DNA from: the human T2T-CHM13v2.0 reference genome, Homo sapiens
DNA length: 64,000 bases
Direction: 5' to 3' (one strand)
Assembly: GCF_009914755.1 (NCBI RefSeq)
Contig: NC_060933.1
Shown: one piece after another, positions 41,409 to 56,976 of the stretch
Layout: each line of letters begins with the position of its first letter
How positions within the stretch are numbered: position 1 is the first letter of the stretch
The notes under the pieces: generated by a model
The model's database searches: none
Seen by the model: the letters and a program-made list of their open reading frames with translations, nothing else
Told to the model about the DNA's origin: nothing
Program-made: the position numbers and the translations under genes

Positions 41409-42360
41409 TCTGTTAATTCTTTACCTTTCTTACTTACATAATAGTTTAAGGAGGAAAAAAAAAAAAGATCCATAAAACATGAAGAAGGAAATCAAATCAA
41501 TTATATCCCTCACTCAATAAAACATTCTATAAATTTGTGAATGGCAAGAATGCCCCACTTGCCTCTTTTCCCCTCTCCTGGGAATACTGTTTTAATCAAT
41601 GGTCACTTACATTTCCCAAAAAAAAAGGGATCAAATCATTTAGACTGCCATGGAGAAATAAAGGAAGGATTAGAAGACTAACCCATGTTGCTTGAATTCC
41701 AAAATAATTACATACTGATCTCATCTGTTCTTCCCTGAAGTGCCTGATGACACAGACACAGTAAGGCACCTTCTCTGTAGAGCACCAGTCATTTTTAAAA
41801 GCTGCTCAGAGAACATCTGTGTCCTGTTTAAATCCAGAATAAAATCCTTAATGCCAATTTTTAAATTCCCAAGAAGTAATATAACAGGGAGTCATGCTTT
41901 TCCCCACATTGTCACCTGTGAAGTGCTGGGGCTCCTCACTTTACATAAAACGTACAGCCCTTAAAAGTTGAATAATGTAAGAAAAATTGTATTTTAACTG
42001 CACCATAAAAGCTAGATGAAAATTAAACCTATAATTAAAAAATTAAAATTACAAAAGTTAAAAAATAAAAAAAAATAAAATGACAAAAGTTAAACATATT
42101 CAATTTATAAGTGAGTTGTGCTTTATACTTGACATATGTAAGCAGTATTAGAAAAACTAAACAGTATGTCCCACTCCTCCCTGCCCCTAGGGCTTAATAA
42201 ATAACTAGCATGAAAAGAACACATTACATCAACTGCTTCTTTCAAACATATTTCACTGGAGAGCCTGAATATACTAGAATTATGTTTTATACGGTTCATG
42301 AACTTCATAGGGGAAAGTGTCCACAATCAACTACTATTATGAGCAAGCCTTGTGTGATAC

Positions 42361-42529
42361 CTGTTCCAATTGTTCAGGTGTCCATGGGTTATCACCAATA
42401 ACTCGTTTGGCTGCATAAAAGCTCATTCCCGGAGGAGGCTGTGGGATTCCAGAACCTCCGCCACTGTTTGAAGAAGAACCCTGTGCTGAAGATGAATTTT
42501 GGCGACTCTGGGATTCATTTAACACGTAA
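42361..42529 (-). CDS. ECPAS: ECPAS coding exon, 169 nt ([27 protein letters not shown]...PEQLEQ), S/G-rich loop
   Basis: CAG acceptor, CAG|GTATCA donor, phase 2->0. Confidence 0.96.
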
Positions 42530-43764
42530 CTGGAAAGGAAATAACACTTTAACCCTCTATAAATACAAAAGCATTTACAACTATATATGTATACAAAACA
42601 TTCAATCATATACTGTCCTCCTACTGTATTTTACTAGAAGAATGAACACTTGAAATTAAAATTTCATCATAAAAAAAATTTTAAGGTATCTAAAAAAGAT
42701 GTATCTTCAGCAAATTAACCAGAGAGCACGTCATTTAACTTGGTTACAAATGAACTACAACCATTACCAACAATGAATATAAATATTTTCATCACTCTCA
42801 ATCTATAAATGATTGCTCTAATGGCTACTCCAGAATCACATTTTGAGTTTTGAGCTGCCAAATATGAGGAAAAGTTTGTTGACAAAGGGGACTGGGAGGA
42901 GCTATTGCACTATACCCAAAGGAGAGTATTTTTACAGTCATTCTCATTTCTACGAAGTTGTAATTCACCTTCAATCCTCCCTGAACTGAGGTCTTTATCC
43001 CTACATTAGAAAATCCACTGAAACCTCCAAACGGCCACATAAGCACATAAGCACGTACCACATAAGCACATAAAGTCCCTAAAATGAAAAAACTCAAAAG
43101 GGCCCAAAGAAGAAAAGTTACACAAGAACTGACTTTTCCCATTACATGTTCAAAGCCCTTTGCACTGCCTTGGTTAATTTATCATCCCTATTTCATTTTA
43201 GCTTCTATAGAGGAGAAATAAGACCTCTAAGAAATTCATTTTGATCCAATTAAACTGGTATTACTCATCTACAAAATGAAGTTTTTGATATAAATATTAA
43301 TTCAAATCTCTTAAAACTAAAGATCTATGATGATAAATTCCATTATCATATTGGATATTATAATAAAATATCCACTATAATAAAAGTTCAAGAAAACACT
43401 TAGAACCTGATAGGATAGTAAGTTATTCCACATTACTTACATGTCATATTCATTCAATTCCTAAATTTATCTATTTTTTAAAAATCTCTTAAGGAATCGC
43501 TTTAATGTTATTATATAAATGACCCAAGTTCTCATTAGTAAGAAAAATGTGAGGAATCACTGGCTTGGTTACATCATGTTCCTAAGGTAAATCTGAATTT
43601 CAAGGTTTATCTACCAAAGCCATCATCACCTGTCATTCTGGCTGCCTCCTGATTTAACAAATATAAAAAGAAGTTTTTTTATTTCTAAGTTATAGCAAGA
43701 CTGGTGGCATTAAGTAAATCAATCAATAAGTTAATACATCTTAATACTGCATAAAACACCCTAA

Positions 43765-44028
43765 GGCTGGGTGTGGTGGCTCAGGCCTATAATCCCAGCA
43801 TTTTGGGAAGCCAAGGTGGGAGGATCGCTTGAGTCCAGGAGTTTGGTGACCCCCTATCTCTACAAAAAATACAAAAAAATTAGCTGGGTGTGGTGGTGCA
43901 CGCCTGTAGTCCCAGCTACTCAGAAGGCTGAGGTGAGAGGACTGCTTGAACCCAGGAGGTCAAGGCTGCATTGAGTTACCACTGCACAGTAGCCTGGGCG
44001 ACAGACTGAGACCCTATCTCAAACAAAC
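43765..44028 (+). mobile_element. AluJ, internally deleted
   Basis: Alu dimer. Confidence 0.9.
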
Positions 44029-44603
44029 ATCATCCTAAACACAAGACAGAGGAATATAAGGAGATGTAAGATCGAGTCTCTGCCATCTGGAGTAAGCTGA
44101 GACAGTAACAACCTAACACATGTAATAGCATCTGCCATTCTATCAGATGCAAAGAAACTGCTGAGAAATAAGAAATGATATAACAGGTGGTGACAGTGAA
44201 CATGGAGTGACTGAAGGCCCAGAAAATTGGGCTTCCAAACAAGAGGGGCAGGAGGAGAACAAATTTGTTCATCACACCGCATGAACTCTCATTTCTGGAT
44301 TGAGAAACAAATGATATGGAGCCCCACATGCCTAGCTTACCATGTACACATACTTTTGTGATCAGGAAAGAAAGAAGATGAAAACAGCATTTTGGAAAAA
44401 TTTATCTGGCAGATGGACAAAATAAGTAGACCAGAAGTAGATCACAATCTGGGCTCCATGCCAGAGACCAAAGCTACATGAAATAGGTCTCGACTACAAG
44501 GGGCTCACCATCTACTAGGGGAGATGGAAATGTCTACAATGCAGCAAAAACACACAGTGGCCATATAGGCGGGTGTTTTGTGTTTTTATGACACAGAAAA
44601 TAG

Positions 44604-44990
<387 letters not shown>

Positions 44991-45455
44991 AGGATGCTGT
45001 TTTTCAAAGTGTCTTTTTGTTGTTTTCTTTCTTTCTTTTTTGAAGAAGCATTCTAGGCAGACAGAAAGGCGTTCTCTTAAAAATAAACAGCAAGGACACA
45101 TAAGCGTGCATGAAATGCATGAGTGTATTAATGACTGGATATGAGAAACCAAGGATTTTAAGGTGTTGCCTGATGAGATCTGTGTTTTGCAAATCGGGAA
45201 AAGCATAGAGAGGGGGTGTAGAGAGATTTGAAGAAGTGGAGCCGCTGGGAAAGAAATTATGACAAGAGTTGAAAAGAGGCAAAACTAGATGATAGCAGTG
45301 GGAAGAGTTCCAGACACAGCAAGGAGAAGGAAGGAGGCATTATGCAAATGATATTGCAGCAACAAAGAAGAGAAAAGCTGGAGACAATTTATCATTGTAT
45401 GGCTAGGTGGCAAAGAGAACCATCATAGCATTAATAGTAAATTTAAAAGAGAAAC

Positions 45456-45539
45456 TTTTTTTTTTTTGAGAGAGAGTCTCGCTCTGTTACCCAGGCTGGT
45501 CTGAAACTCCTAGCCCCCAGTAATCGTCCCACCTTGGCC
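45456..45539 (-). mobile_element. FLAM/Alu fragment
   Basis: T tail plus 'cccaggctggtctgaaactcct'. Confidence 0.8.
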
Positions 45540-45792
45540 TAACAGGAACTATTTTTATGGGGAAAGACTGATTTCATCTTAGGCAGGTAGAGTCTAAAAT
45601 CACAATGGCAACTCAGCATTTGTAAAGCCGATAAGCAGTGGAACTGAAGTTTAGAAGAAAAAAATCTTTGTAAACGTAAATGGATGTTGAGATGCATTCA
45701 TTTACTAGTGAGAGTTTAATCATTTAAAATAGTACTTAACTCCCCGTAGTAAAAGCAGTCAAGAACAAGGTTGCTTTTATTTTTTAACTCAC

Positions 45793-45942
45793 CCATAAGG
45801 CATCAGAAGGACATCTAGCATGAAGTCCAAAAGCAGCTGCACAGTCTTTGGTTTCTCAGCAAGATTAAATGGAGAAGCTGATTTTGATGATTCAACAGGG
45901 TATTTCATGTGAAAAAGGGTTGGTATTAAAAGATGCATTAAG
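45793..45942 (-). CDS. ECPAS: ECPAS coding exon, 150 nt ([15 protein letters not shown]...LMPYG)
   Basis: CAG acceptor, TGG|GTGAGT donor, phase 2->2. Confidence 0.96.
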
Positions 45943-46303
45943 CTGAAAAAACAATTACATTTATTGCAACTACTTAAAAAATGAGATTTTTATACATGCA
46001 AAACACAGACAAAACAAAAATCACGTAACAAAAACTGGCAGTTTTAAGCAAGAGACATTCCTTTTCAACACTACTAATTTACAAAGTCCTAATCTAGGGA
46101 CTGGCCTAGAATTCTTTTTTATTGAAAGCTCAGTATATTGAGTGATGATTAGCATTTAGCCAATCTGGCTCATGACTAAAATTACCTGAAAAAAATACAT
46201 CAAATGGGCTCAGTGTTAATATCTGAAGTTTCCACAAGAGATTTTATATGAAACCTTAAGTAAAGTTCAACTTACTTGTCTTTTCAAAAAGAATTATTTT
46301 CCA

Positions 46304-46634
<331 letters not shown>

Positions 46635-46642
46635 TTATTTTC

Positions 46643-46935
46643 GGTCAGGCACAGTGGCTCACACCTGTAACCCCAGCACTTTGGGAGGCCAAGGTGGGCA
46701 GATCATCTGAGGTCAGGAGTTCAAGACCAGCCTGGCCAACATGGTAAAACCCCATCTCTTCTAAAAATACAAAAAGTTTGCCGGCCATGGTAGCAGGCAT
46801 CTGTAATCTCAGCTACTCAGGAGGCTAAGGCAGGAGAAACACTTCAGCTCGGGAGGCAGAGGTTGCAGTGAGCCAAGATTGCGCCATTGCACTCCAGCCT
46901 CGGCAACAGAGTGAGACTCTGTCTCAAAAAAAAAA
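46643..46935 (+). mobile_element. AluS
   Basis: Full dimer directly after the AluY. Confidence 0.95.
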
Positions 46936-47726
46936 ATTATTTTCCACAACTAAAGTTATTCTAAAAATTAAAAATCAATCATATTAATATTTTGAATACA
47001 ACATTAAAATTTCCACTGCATGAATTTAAGTAACAGGTCTCAGTAATTCCTTTCATTAACACCTTTTGATACTCTTAAAACATCTGACAACAATTACAAA
47101 CAGTACTTGTAATGTCTATTAATTTTACTTGTAAACTTCTTCTGTATTACAGTATTTTTTAAAAAATGAATATGCTCTAAAAGGTGAACTGAAAACATGA
47201 TCTAACTCCATCTCTTTCCTCTACATTTCTGCACTCTTCATCATGATTCTCACTATGACAGAGCTAGAACAAAGAACTTTTGCCTAAGCCTAGAAACAAA
47301 TGATGTTATCTAAAACCCTTTTCACCGCACCACTTCCCAAAATAATACAAACGAGTGCTCTGTTCCTTAGGAAAACCACTGTGAAACTTTATATCTTCCA
47401 AGATAGAATTGTTTTGATGCAAAGGATTTTTAATTCTAATTTTTGCAATCACATAAAATTAACTGCTTCAAGATAACTAGCCAAAAAAATGCACAGACTT
47501 AGATAAATGTTAGTTCTGCACATTTTTCAATGTTCACATCAAGAAATTTTATGATAGTATTAACAAAACGGTAACTTTGAGGTACCACGGAAAATTCTAT
47601 TATTTGTCAGCTAAAACAGCTCAAGACCTCCCATTTGCTCAAGTAAAACCAAATATGTGAATTAATATTTGAAAGGCAGTTGTTGACTCCTGTAGGAGGG
47701 AAATTAGTTAATTGAGGAAATCATAC

Positions 47727-47845
47727 CTATCCTGCTGTGGCTGAGGCTTCCCTTCCATGGCAGTAAGAAGCGTAGGGGCCAGTTCACATTGTTTTTCCAC
47801 TGGTAGGCGAGGATAGCCCATTTTAACATAAATTATAGTAAAATT
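47727..47845 (-). CDS. ECPAS: ECPAS coding exon, 119 nt ([14 protein letters not shown]...PQQDS)
   Basis: TAG acceptor, TAG|GTATGA donor, phase 0->2. Confidence 0.96.
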
Positions 47846-48363
47846 CTAATGCAATAAGAGAAAAGCAAGTGAGTGTGAAGGAAATACTCTATGATTTCAA
47901 TGAAAATATATGATTGATAACTTAGAGAGTTATGGTTACAACAAAGACATTGTAAACGTGACTCATCCTCCCTCCACGTTTATTGCACCTTTACCAACTA
48001 CTGTATCTCAGAGGAAAAATTCCAGTCCAACTTAATCAAAATGCTTGCTTTAAAGTAGGCCTAATGTGAGGTAGCATGGACTAATCTAAAGCATTCATAT
48101 ATGCAATTTCTTATCATGAAGAAGAAAGAAATAATCAACCTATTTACACCTACACACTACATATTAGCACCAGATCTCCCAGTCTGTTGCATTAATCCTT
48201 ACAAGCTAGGAGGAGATCAGGTGTTGACAAATCCTAGGCTGCCATTTCCCACTGGTCAAATGACTAAAACAAACTTAGTATACTGCAGCACTCTGTGGTT
48301 CCTCACTCCAGTAACTCACCAATGCATGATGAACCAAAGGAAACTGAGTACTGTGTGTTTCTG

Positions 48364-48576
48364 CAAGGTCAAGCATCCCAAATTTGAAAATCTGAAATTC
48401 GAAATACTACAAAATCTGAAACTTTATGAGTGCCAACAAGACACACAAAGGAAATGCTCCTTGGGGCATTGCAGATTTTGGATTTGGGATGCTAAATCAG
48501 GTAAGTATAACGTAAATATTCCAAAATCCAAAACATTTTTGATCCCAAGCAATTCAGATAAGGGATACTCAACCTG
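48364..48576. mobile_element. Tigger4a/MER46A-like (Zombi) MITE
   Basis: TIRs aggtcaagcatccc / gggatactcaacctg. Confidence 0.82.
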
Positions 48577-48670
48577 TATCACTATAATCTGTGTGAATAC
48601 TGGATTTTAAGCAAACCCATAAATACGTATCTGGATTTACAGATAAGATTAAGATTTGCTTTTCTGAAGC

Positions 48671-48969
48671 TTTTTCATTTTTTTCCCCCAAGACAGAGTC
48701 TCGCTCTGTCACCCAGGCTGGAGTGCAATGGCACAATCTCAGCTCACTGCAACCTCCACCTCTGAGGTTCAAGTGATTCCCCTGCCTCAGTCTCCCAAGT
48801 AGCTGGGACTACAGGCACGCGCCACCACGCCCAGCTAATTTTTGTATTTTTAGTAGAGATGGGGTTTCACTATGATGGCCAGGCTGGTCTTGAACTCCTG
48901 ACCTCATGATCAGCTGGCCTCAACCTCCCAAAGTGCTGGGATTACAGGTATGAGCCGACGTGCCTGGCC
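48671..48969 (-). mobile_element. AluS
   Basis: TSD tctgaag. Confidence 0.95.
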
Positions 48970-49798
48970 TCTGAAGAATTCTTTACTAAAGTAAATGGGC
49001 TTCATAAGATTACTTCTTCAAATAAATTATATTTGGCATTTTTATTGGCACACAGTGTTCCTATTTGCTTAAAGAAAGGAAATGTATAATTGAGCCAAAT
49101 ATCCAGAACAGACATGGACAAAATGACGTCTGGACCAATAACAGGCTCCAAAAGGTTTGTGACTCCAGATGTTAGGTAAGATTCAATCGATTCTGCCTCA
49201 GTGCTAGGAACTACAAGGACCAGGAAAAAAAACATCACCTGCCATCACACAGCATCAACATATTTTACATTTAATTTTTATGAAGACAACACTTTAAAAG
49301 GAATGTTTCTTACCAGACTCAGATTTACTCCACTTTATAAAAAAGATCTTTCTGAATATACACATCAAAAACACAAAAGATTTTTTTAAGTTCACTTTCA
49401 TGTATCTTCTTGCCATTTTACTAATTTTTTCTTCCATTATGCTTTATTCGTGCCCAAGCCGTATAACATTTCCCTCTATTCAGACCCATTTCATACAGTC
49501 TCCTACCAAAAATCAAATCATTCTTTTATATAACAACATACCTGACAAGTCATTTCACCAACATTCCTTTGCCCAAAGTAAATAGCCATTCATTACCCTG
49601 CTACTGTAAAGCAGCATTTCCTCTGGATTGGTACTCAGTGGAAAAACAGTGTGTCATTTAAAAAAAAAAAAAACTCATGTTTCATTTAGAAGTGGTCTAA
49701 GGTGAAATTCTAAACTTGCCAATATGTTGATGACATCTAATAAATGTTAGGAAAGAAAATTTGCTGTAAGTCAGAAAATATTCCAATACAACACTCAC

Positions 49799-49915
49799 TG
49801 TGACAAAGGAAACTGCAGCAGGGTCCTGGTACTGAACCAACAGTGTCTCTACTGGAAGTTGTATTTTGGGGCGGCTTTTTATACGTTTATTCAGATGGAC
49901 CAGCAGTTCCATTAC
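49799..49915 (-). CDS. ECPAS: ECPAS coding exon, 117 nt ([10 protein letters not shown]...AVSFVT)
   Basis: TAG acceptor, ACA|GTGAGT donor, phase 0->0. Confidence 0.96.
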
Positions 49916-50128
49916 CTAAAATACAGAGAGATGGGAACTAAAGTTATTGATCATATCTTAAAAACCACTCATCTTAAAATTCATTTATCAGATGTTATCT
50001 ATGTTAGTGAATAGTAGCTACTTTGTTCTTTTAAAGGGTATAAATTTTACATCCCAGAAAGGGAGTATACACTACATGAATCTTGTTCAAAAATACTGTC
50101 TCCCAAAAATCTATGCACTAGTGAATTT

Positions 50129-50788
<660 letters not shown>

Positions 50789-51076
50789 TCAAGAAGAACA
50801 GATTATTGCAACACACCATGAATACTATGAAAAGAGAGACATGCAAGATACAGTGGGTTTCCAGAAGACAAAAGTATCTGCTATATCAAGAAAGACTTCA
50901 CGGAGGAAGTGACAGGAACACTGAGTCCTTAAGATTTAATGAGTTCCAAGCAGAGTATCAGTTATAAGAAGGTATGGGGCACACTGCATCTGACTGAAGC
51001 CCAGAACGATAAGAGTTCATAAAAGCAAGGTCTGGATTACAAAAGGATTCTGGCAAAATACTGAGGCATTTTTATT

Positions 51077-51544
51077 TTTGTCTGGGAGTTGTTTTTTGTT
51101 TGTTTGTTTTTATTATACTTTCAGTTTTAGGGTACATGTGCACAATGTGCAGGTTTTTACATAGGTATACACGTGCCATGTTGGTTTGCTGCACCCAACA
51201 ATTCATCATCTACATTAGGTATTTCTCCTAATGGTATCCCTACCCCAGGCCCCACCCCCCACAACAGGCCCCAGTGTGAGATGTTCCCTGCCCTGTGTCC
51301 ACGTGTTCTCACTGTTCAACTCCCACCTATGAGTGAGAAGATGTGGTGTTTGGTTTTCTGTCTTTGTGATAGTTTGCTTAGAATGATGGTTTCCAGCTTC
51401 ATCCATGTCCCTGCAAAGGACATGAACTCATCCTTTTTTATGGCTGCATAGTAGTCCATGGTGTATATGTGCCACATTTTCTTAATCCAGTCTATCACTG
51501 ATGGACATTTGGGTTGGTTCCAAGTCTTTGCTATTGTGAATAGT
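51077..51544 (-). mobile_element. L1PA 3' end (5'-truncated), same sense as ECPAS
   Basis: ORF2 C-terminus (WIKKMWHIYTM...FAGTWMKLETIILSKL) plus 3'UTR; 16-bp TSD CTGAGGCATTTTTATT (51061-51076, 51545-51560). Confidence 0.95.
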
Positions 51545-52029
51545 CTGAGGCATTTTTATTGTATTCTGAATATCATCTGATACTATCAAATAATTTGTAA
51601 GAAATAACAAGCTTCCTCTCCTTTAAGTGGGAAAAGAGAGCAAAATAGGAATTGACAAGTCAACAGTTTGCATGGATAGAAAGGGATGTACAGAGGCTCA
51701 TATCAAATGGCCTCAATTATACTACAATAAAAAGATTTCTGCCAACAGAAAAGAAATCGAGCATTGAGAAATAAGATTTTTAGAAGGCCTTGCCTAAGAA
51801 AGACTCAAGAATTTAAGATAAATATTCTGCAGGGCCAGGTTTACACTATTCTCCCTCATTTCTGAAATTCGTGCTCTAGCCTCAAAGCATGCATAAAGAA
51901 AGCTGTAGAGATGTTTGACACCGACAGCAAAAAATTCCAAGAGATCTACAGCAATAATGAAATAGGTGAATTATGTTTAAGAATAATAACAACTCTGTAA
52001 TCAATGTTTGTTGAATGAATGATAAATAG

Positions 52030-52250
52030 TAATATTAAAATAGCTAATATTTATCACAGTTTCTATGCACTCTTCCCCCAGGCATTCCTTATCTAATACG
52101 ATTCTCACAACAACCAGTGAGGTGGTGTCATTCCCATTTTACAGATGAGGAAGCAGAAGCCTCAAGTAACTTGTCCAAGGATACTGGGCCAGCAAATAGC
52201 AAAGTCAAAATATGACTCCAGAGCCCATTTTTTTTAACCTTTTCAAACAC
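52030..52250 (-). mobile_element. MIR
   Basis: 'cccattttacagatgaggaagc...aagtaacttgtccaagg'. Confidence 0.8.
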
Positions 52251-52544
52251 TGATATTTGAACTCACATCAGCGAAAGTGTTTGTCAGTGAGACATGATAC
52301 CTTCCAAGAAGCTAGAAACTTGCATTGTCATCCATACTTCATCCGAGCTTCCTACCTGTCCTGGATCTGTGATACCGCTAGGCGACAAGAGAAAACAATC
52401 AGGAGGAACTAGTCTAAAGGAAAGAGCCCTCTTCTGACATTGTAATCTAGGCTGATTCCTAGAGGGACTCTATAGAAAATTATTATCGATGGAGACAGAG
52501 AATCTTGCCCACAATTGCATGCTTTTTTTTAATAATAAATTTAT

Positions 52545-52834
52545 TTTGATTTTTTTTTTTTCCGAGACAGGGTCTCACTCTGTCACTCAGGGTGGAGTTC
52601 AGTGGCATTATCATAGCCAACTGCAGCCTCGAACTCCTAGTCTCAAGCAATCTTCCTATCTCAGTCACTGCAGTAGCTGGGACTATAAGCACATGCTACC
52701 ATGCATGGTTTTTTTCTTTCTTTTTGGCATAAATGAGATCTTGCTATGTTGCCTAGGCTGGTCTCAAAAGATCTTCCAACCTCAGCCTCCCAGAGTGCTG
52801 AGATTACAGGCATGAGCTACTACTGCACTCGGCC
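52545..52834 (-). mobile_element. AluJ
   Basis: TSD tattttga. Confidence 0.9.
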
Positions 52835-53425
52835 TATTTTGAATTTTAAATGGATTAATTACTTAATTTTCTAGTAGCATTATTGTCATGTTAAATATCG
52901 GCGAATTTCCTAAATATGGTTATATCTTGTCTGGAATCCTCCATAAACCAAGAAAGATTTAAAAATAACTTGTGGAATTCAGATAACATTTCAAAGGCTA
53001 CTGTAAAGATTAAATGAAAAGATAAGTCAAAGAGTTTAGCACAATGCTTAATATATAACAGGCTATTTTAGCTGTTTGATTCCATTTCCCCTATTCCAAA
53101 AGTTTTCCAACTTAACCAATTTGACATGCACAAATAAAAATGCTATTTTATTAGTATAAATTAAATATATTAAATATATTAAGTTCAAAATGATTACATT
53201 TATCCTTATTACTTTATTCTGCATTGCTTTTTAAAGTTATAATAGAAAGATACATTTATAATAATAAATCAAGTGGAAAATCTAAAGCATCCCTTTTCCC
53301 TTGTCCTTTCACAGCCCCTTGAAGACACCAGTGTTGACAGTTTGATAACGAGAAAGTGAGAGAAGGAAAGAAAGGCAGAGAGGGAAAGGACAAACAGACC
53401 AACTGATAAAACAGGTTAATAATCA

Positions 53426-53617
53426 TGTATATTTCAAAAGAGCTAGAAGATCTAAAATGTTCCCAACCCAAAGGAAAAATAAATAATTAGGTGATGAGTA
53501 TCCTAAATACTAAATTATTTGATTACATATTACATGCATGTATCAAAATATCACATGTACCCCCATAAATATGGTATAATTATGTATCAATAAAATTTTT
53601 TCTTAAAACTTTAAAAA
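53426..53617 (+). mobile_element. L1MA 3'-end fragment
   Basis: 3'UTR motifs; TSD aaa(c/t)aggttaataatca. Confidence 0.85.
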
Positions 53618-54409
53618 TAGGTTAATAATCACAATAACTGATGTAAATGCCCTCAACTCAAATCTCAAAAATATGTGACATTTCCATTGTACTAAGAGAT
53701 ACAGACAAAGTAAATAAGGTTAAAATTGCAGGCTGGGGCTAATATTTTATCAAGCAGACAGAAGGAAAACAATGGTTAACAATACTAATTTTGGATAAAA
53801 CAGGTTTTGGAGAAAAAAACCTTAAATGGAATTCAAAAGATAAAAAATAAACATAAAATACTATAATTATTAATAAAGACAAGATGTTAAACTTGTACAT
53901 CAAAATGCAGCAAGCCAAGATTATTAAAACTGAAAGAAAAATCAGAAAAACTGTAACAGCAGTAGGACATTATACTTTAGTACTACCAACTTACAATAGG
54001 ACTGGAAGACAGGTTCAAGACATGAATGCACAATGTTACTAATGAATGGCCTTAGCGCATGCTGAGCTCCATATTCCACAAACAGGAAGTATTCTTTTTA
54101 TCTTCTGAAAGGCTTTTCTTACAAACATTAGAATACACTTTGAAGGACTGTAACATTTGCACACTATGGTCTCTGACCAGAATGCAATAAAACCAGGCAA
54201 ATTTTATATCAAATATTTTGAAACTAAAAACAACACTCTTATAAATAAGTCAAAGATAAAATGACCAAACTGCACATCAACATAACTATTACATATAACT
54301 AAAATAGTCATCAAAGAGAAATTCATAAGCTGAGGTCATTTTTGGTTCTTTTTTTTTAACATACTATAAATAAAGAATAAAGCATTTAACTTGATGACCA
54401 AGCTTACCT

Positions 54410-54590
54410 TTTGAAGTTCAAAAGCCCTGGGTTCAAATCCTGGCCTGACCATTTGTTATTTGACCTTAAACAAGTTCATTAATCATTCCAAGCCTCAGTT
54501 TCATCTGTAAAATGGGGATGCCTACTTCACATAATCTCATGAGGATGTAAGTCCTTAGCACTTTTCTTGACACATAAGAACCATTGCCAG
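54410..54590 (+). mobile_element. MIR
   Basis: 'ctgggttcaaatcctggc...gcctcagtttcatctgtaaaatgggg'. Confidence 0.85.
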
Positions 54591-55099
54591 GTTATTATAT
54601 AAATTAAAACTTTACACAAGAAAAACTTATCTAAAAAAAGAAATAATTTGAATAAAAATAGAAAAAAATACAGTTAAAAAGGGAACATTAATCTAAAAGC
54701 TGAGTTTCCTTTTAAAATGACCCATTAAAAGGTTAAAACTTTGGTAGTAATAAAACCAGAAACAAGAATAGAATTTCCCATTTGAAATAATGATAACAGA
54801 ATATTAAGAATAGCATAAAATTATGTGAGAGAGATATGCTCATTTGCTTCAGTAAACATTTAAAATCTGTATGTATTCCATAACATCATGTTGTAAACGT
54901 CAAATATACATAATAAAATTTATTTTTTTAAAAAAGAATAATAGTATGATAGAAGTGAATGATACACAACTGAACATTTAAAGTAGATGGACAGAGATGA
55001 ATGACTTTCTATAAAAAAATAAAATACAAAGAAACAAAAAAAAATCTAAGATAAGTAAATGAGTTAAAAACTACTGACGATACTAAGCCTGGACTAATG

Positions 55100-55615
55100 C
55101 AAAAGTTCCCTGTTTGCTCTCCAGGTCTCCACTCTTGGCCCCTACTCCAAGTCTTTCTCCAGCCAACAGCTAGAGTGATGGAGGCACTACCATCAATACC
55201 CTTTCAAATCAGTGCCCCTGGAATACCTCTTTCCTCCTATCAGGCTTCGTCTCATGCACTGGGGACATCACTGTGGCCTTCTCCAATTTCCTGAAGGCAT
55301 CACACTCTGTCCCAGCTCAGAACACCTGCACAGGGTCTATCTTCAATGGTCTCCCCCACCTCTTGGCCTGGCTACTTCCTGCACACCACAGAGGCCTCCC
55401 CTTATACCCCACACTTAGTCTAAATTATATCCCAAATATATTCTTTCATAAGAATATATTTCCTTTTCCATCTTGGCATGTATCACAAATTTCAACTATG
55501 TACTATTTGCCTGACTGTTTTATACTGATTTCCCCAACTAGGTGTTGTCATCATTCATCACCATATCCCCAAGACCTGGCATATAGAAGGCACTCAGTAA
55601 ATATTTGCTAAATAA
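55100..55615 (+). mobile_element. L2 3' end
   Basis: Ends 'cctggcatatagaaggcactcagtaaatatttgctaaat'. Confidence 0.7.
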
Positions 55616-56066
55616 CAAAACTGATAAGGCTAAGAAGTATACAGAAATCAACTCACGAAGGGCCTCTTAGACCTTGCTATCCTAATAGTAAGAGAAGGCC
55701 ACAGAAGGGTTTTAAATAGAAGAGTGACATAATCAAATGCACGTCTATCTCAGCAAAGAAGGATTAACTGCAGACATGCCAAATATATGACAAGAATGCC
55801 CATTCCCTCCTGTAAAGAGATATAAACATAAAAGACATTCCTAAAGATTCTCTTTCTGCACTGAACCCAAATCAGACCTTGGAATCCCTCTCAGGGCAGA
55901 CCTCCAGGAAGTCACTGCCAATTACTGTGGCCCAAGGAATAAAACCTGACCATAGCTCAAAGACTGGATGACCTATTATAAATATACTGGAAGACTAATG
56001 AAATATTCTACAAATCAAGGGGGAAATGTTCCATGTAGAACAGTTTCGTTAAAAAATGAAAATACT

Positions 56067-56387
<321 letters not shown>

Positions 56388-56845
56388 TTATCCAACTTTT
56401 TGTAAGAGTACTTTGCAGAATCCTGAAACAGGAGCTATAAAATTATTTTGCTTAAATTTTTTTTTATTTTGCTTACTTTTAGTTAAGGTTATAATCATTG
56501 TCAACAATTAACTAAAGAATATTTTTGCCCCATTACCACATGCCTTTCATATTGGAATCAATGGCATGGATTTCAGATCATGCCTCCATACATTCCAGGA
56601 TAATTATCTCAATTATATTATCTGACACTGATGCCAAGTAGACAGTTGGTGCTAAATGCAGCTGTGCTAAGGATACAAGAGCTACTTTTAAATCATAAAA
56701 GCTGGTTCTAGACTTACTCTCCATTTTGAAAGGCCATAATTAAGATCACAAACCTAGAACTCAATAATGGGAACAGAAAACTCACTTGATAATGTATATT
56801 CATTTATTCATCATTTAATTCCCCCAGCTGTCCCAACATGCTTAC

Positions 56846-56976
56846 CTTTTTACGTACTCCTTCTTGGGTGCTAGAGAGTTTGAGCAAAACAGGAGGAAGG
56901 AATTTAGATATAATATTCTGTAATTGTTCATCTGTTTCAGCATGGCCAAGTCGTAAAAAGACCCGTTCAAGCTGAT
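56846..56976 (-). CDS. ECPAS: ECPAS coding exon, 131 nt ([11 protein letters not shown]...EGVRKK)
   Basis: TAG acceptor, AAG|GTAAGC donor, phase 1->0. Confidence 0.96.

Noticed and set aside
48101-48610. Longest ORF in the track (169 aa, plus strand)
   Set aside because: It runs through a Tigger4a MITE, is antisense and intronic, and has no recognisable domain, so it is likely a chance ORF.
51316-51498. ORF resembling L1 ORF2p
   Set aside because: It is only the C-terminal remnant of a 5'-truncated L1PA and cannot be functional.
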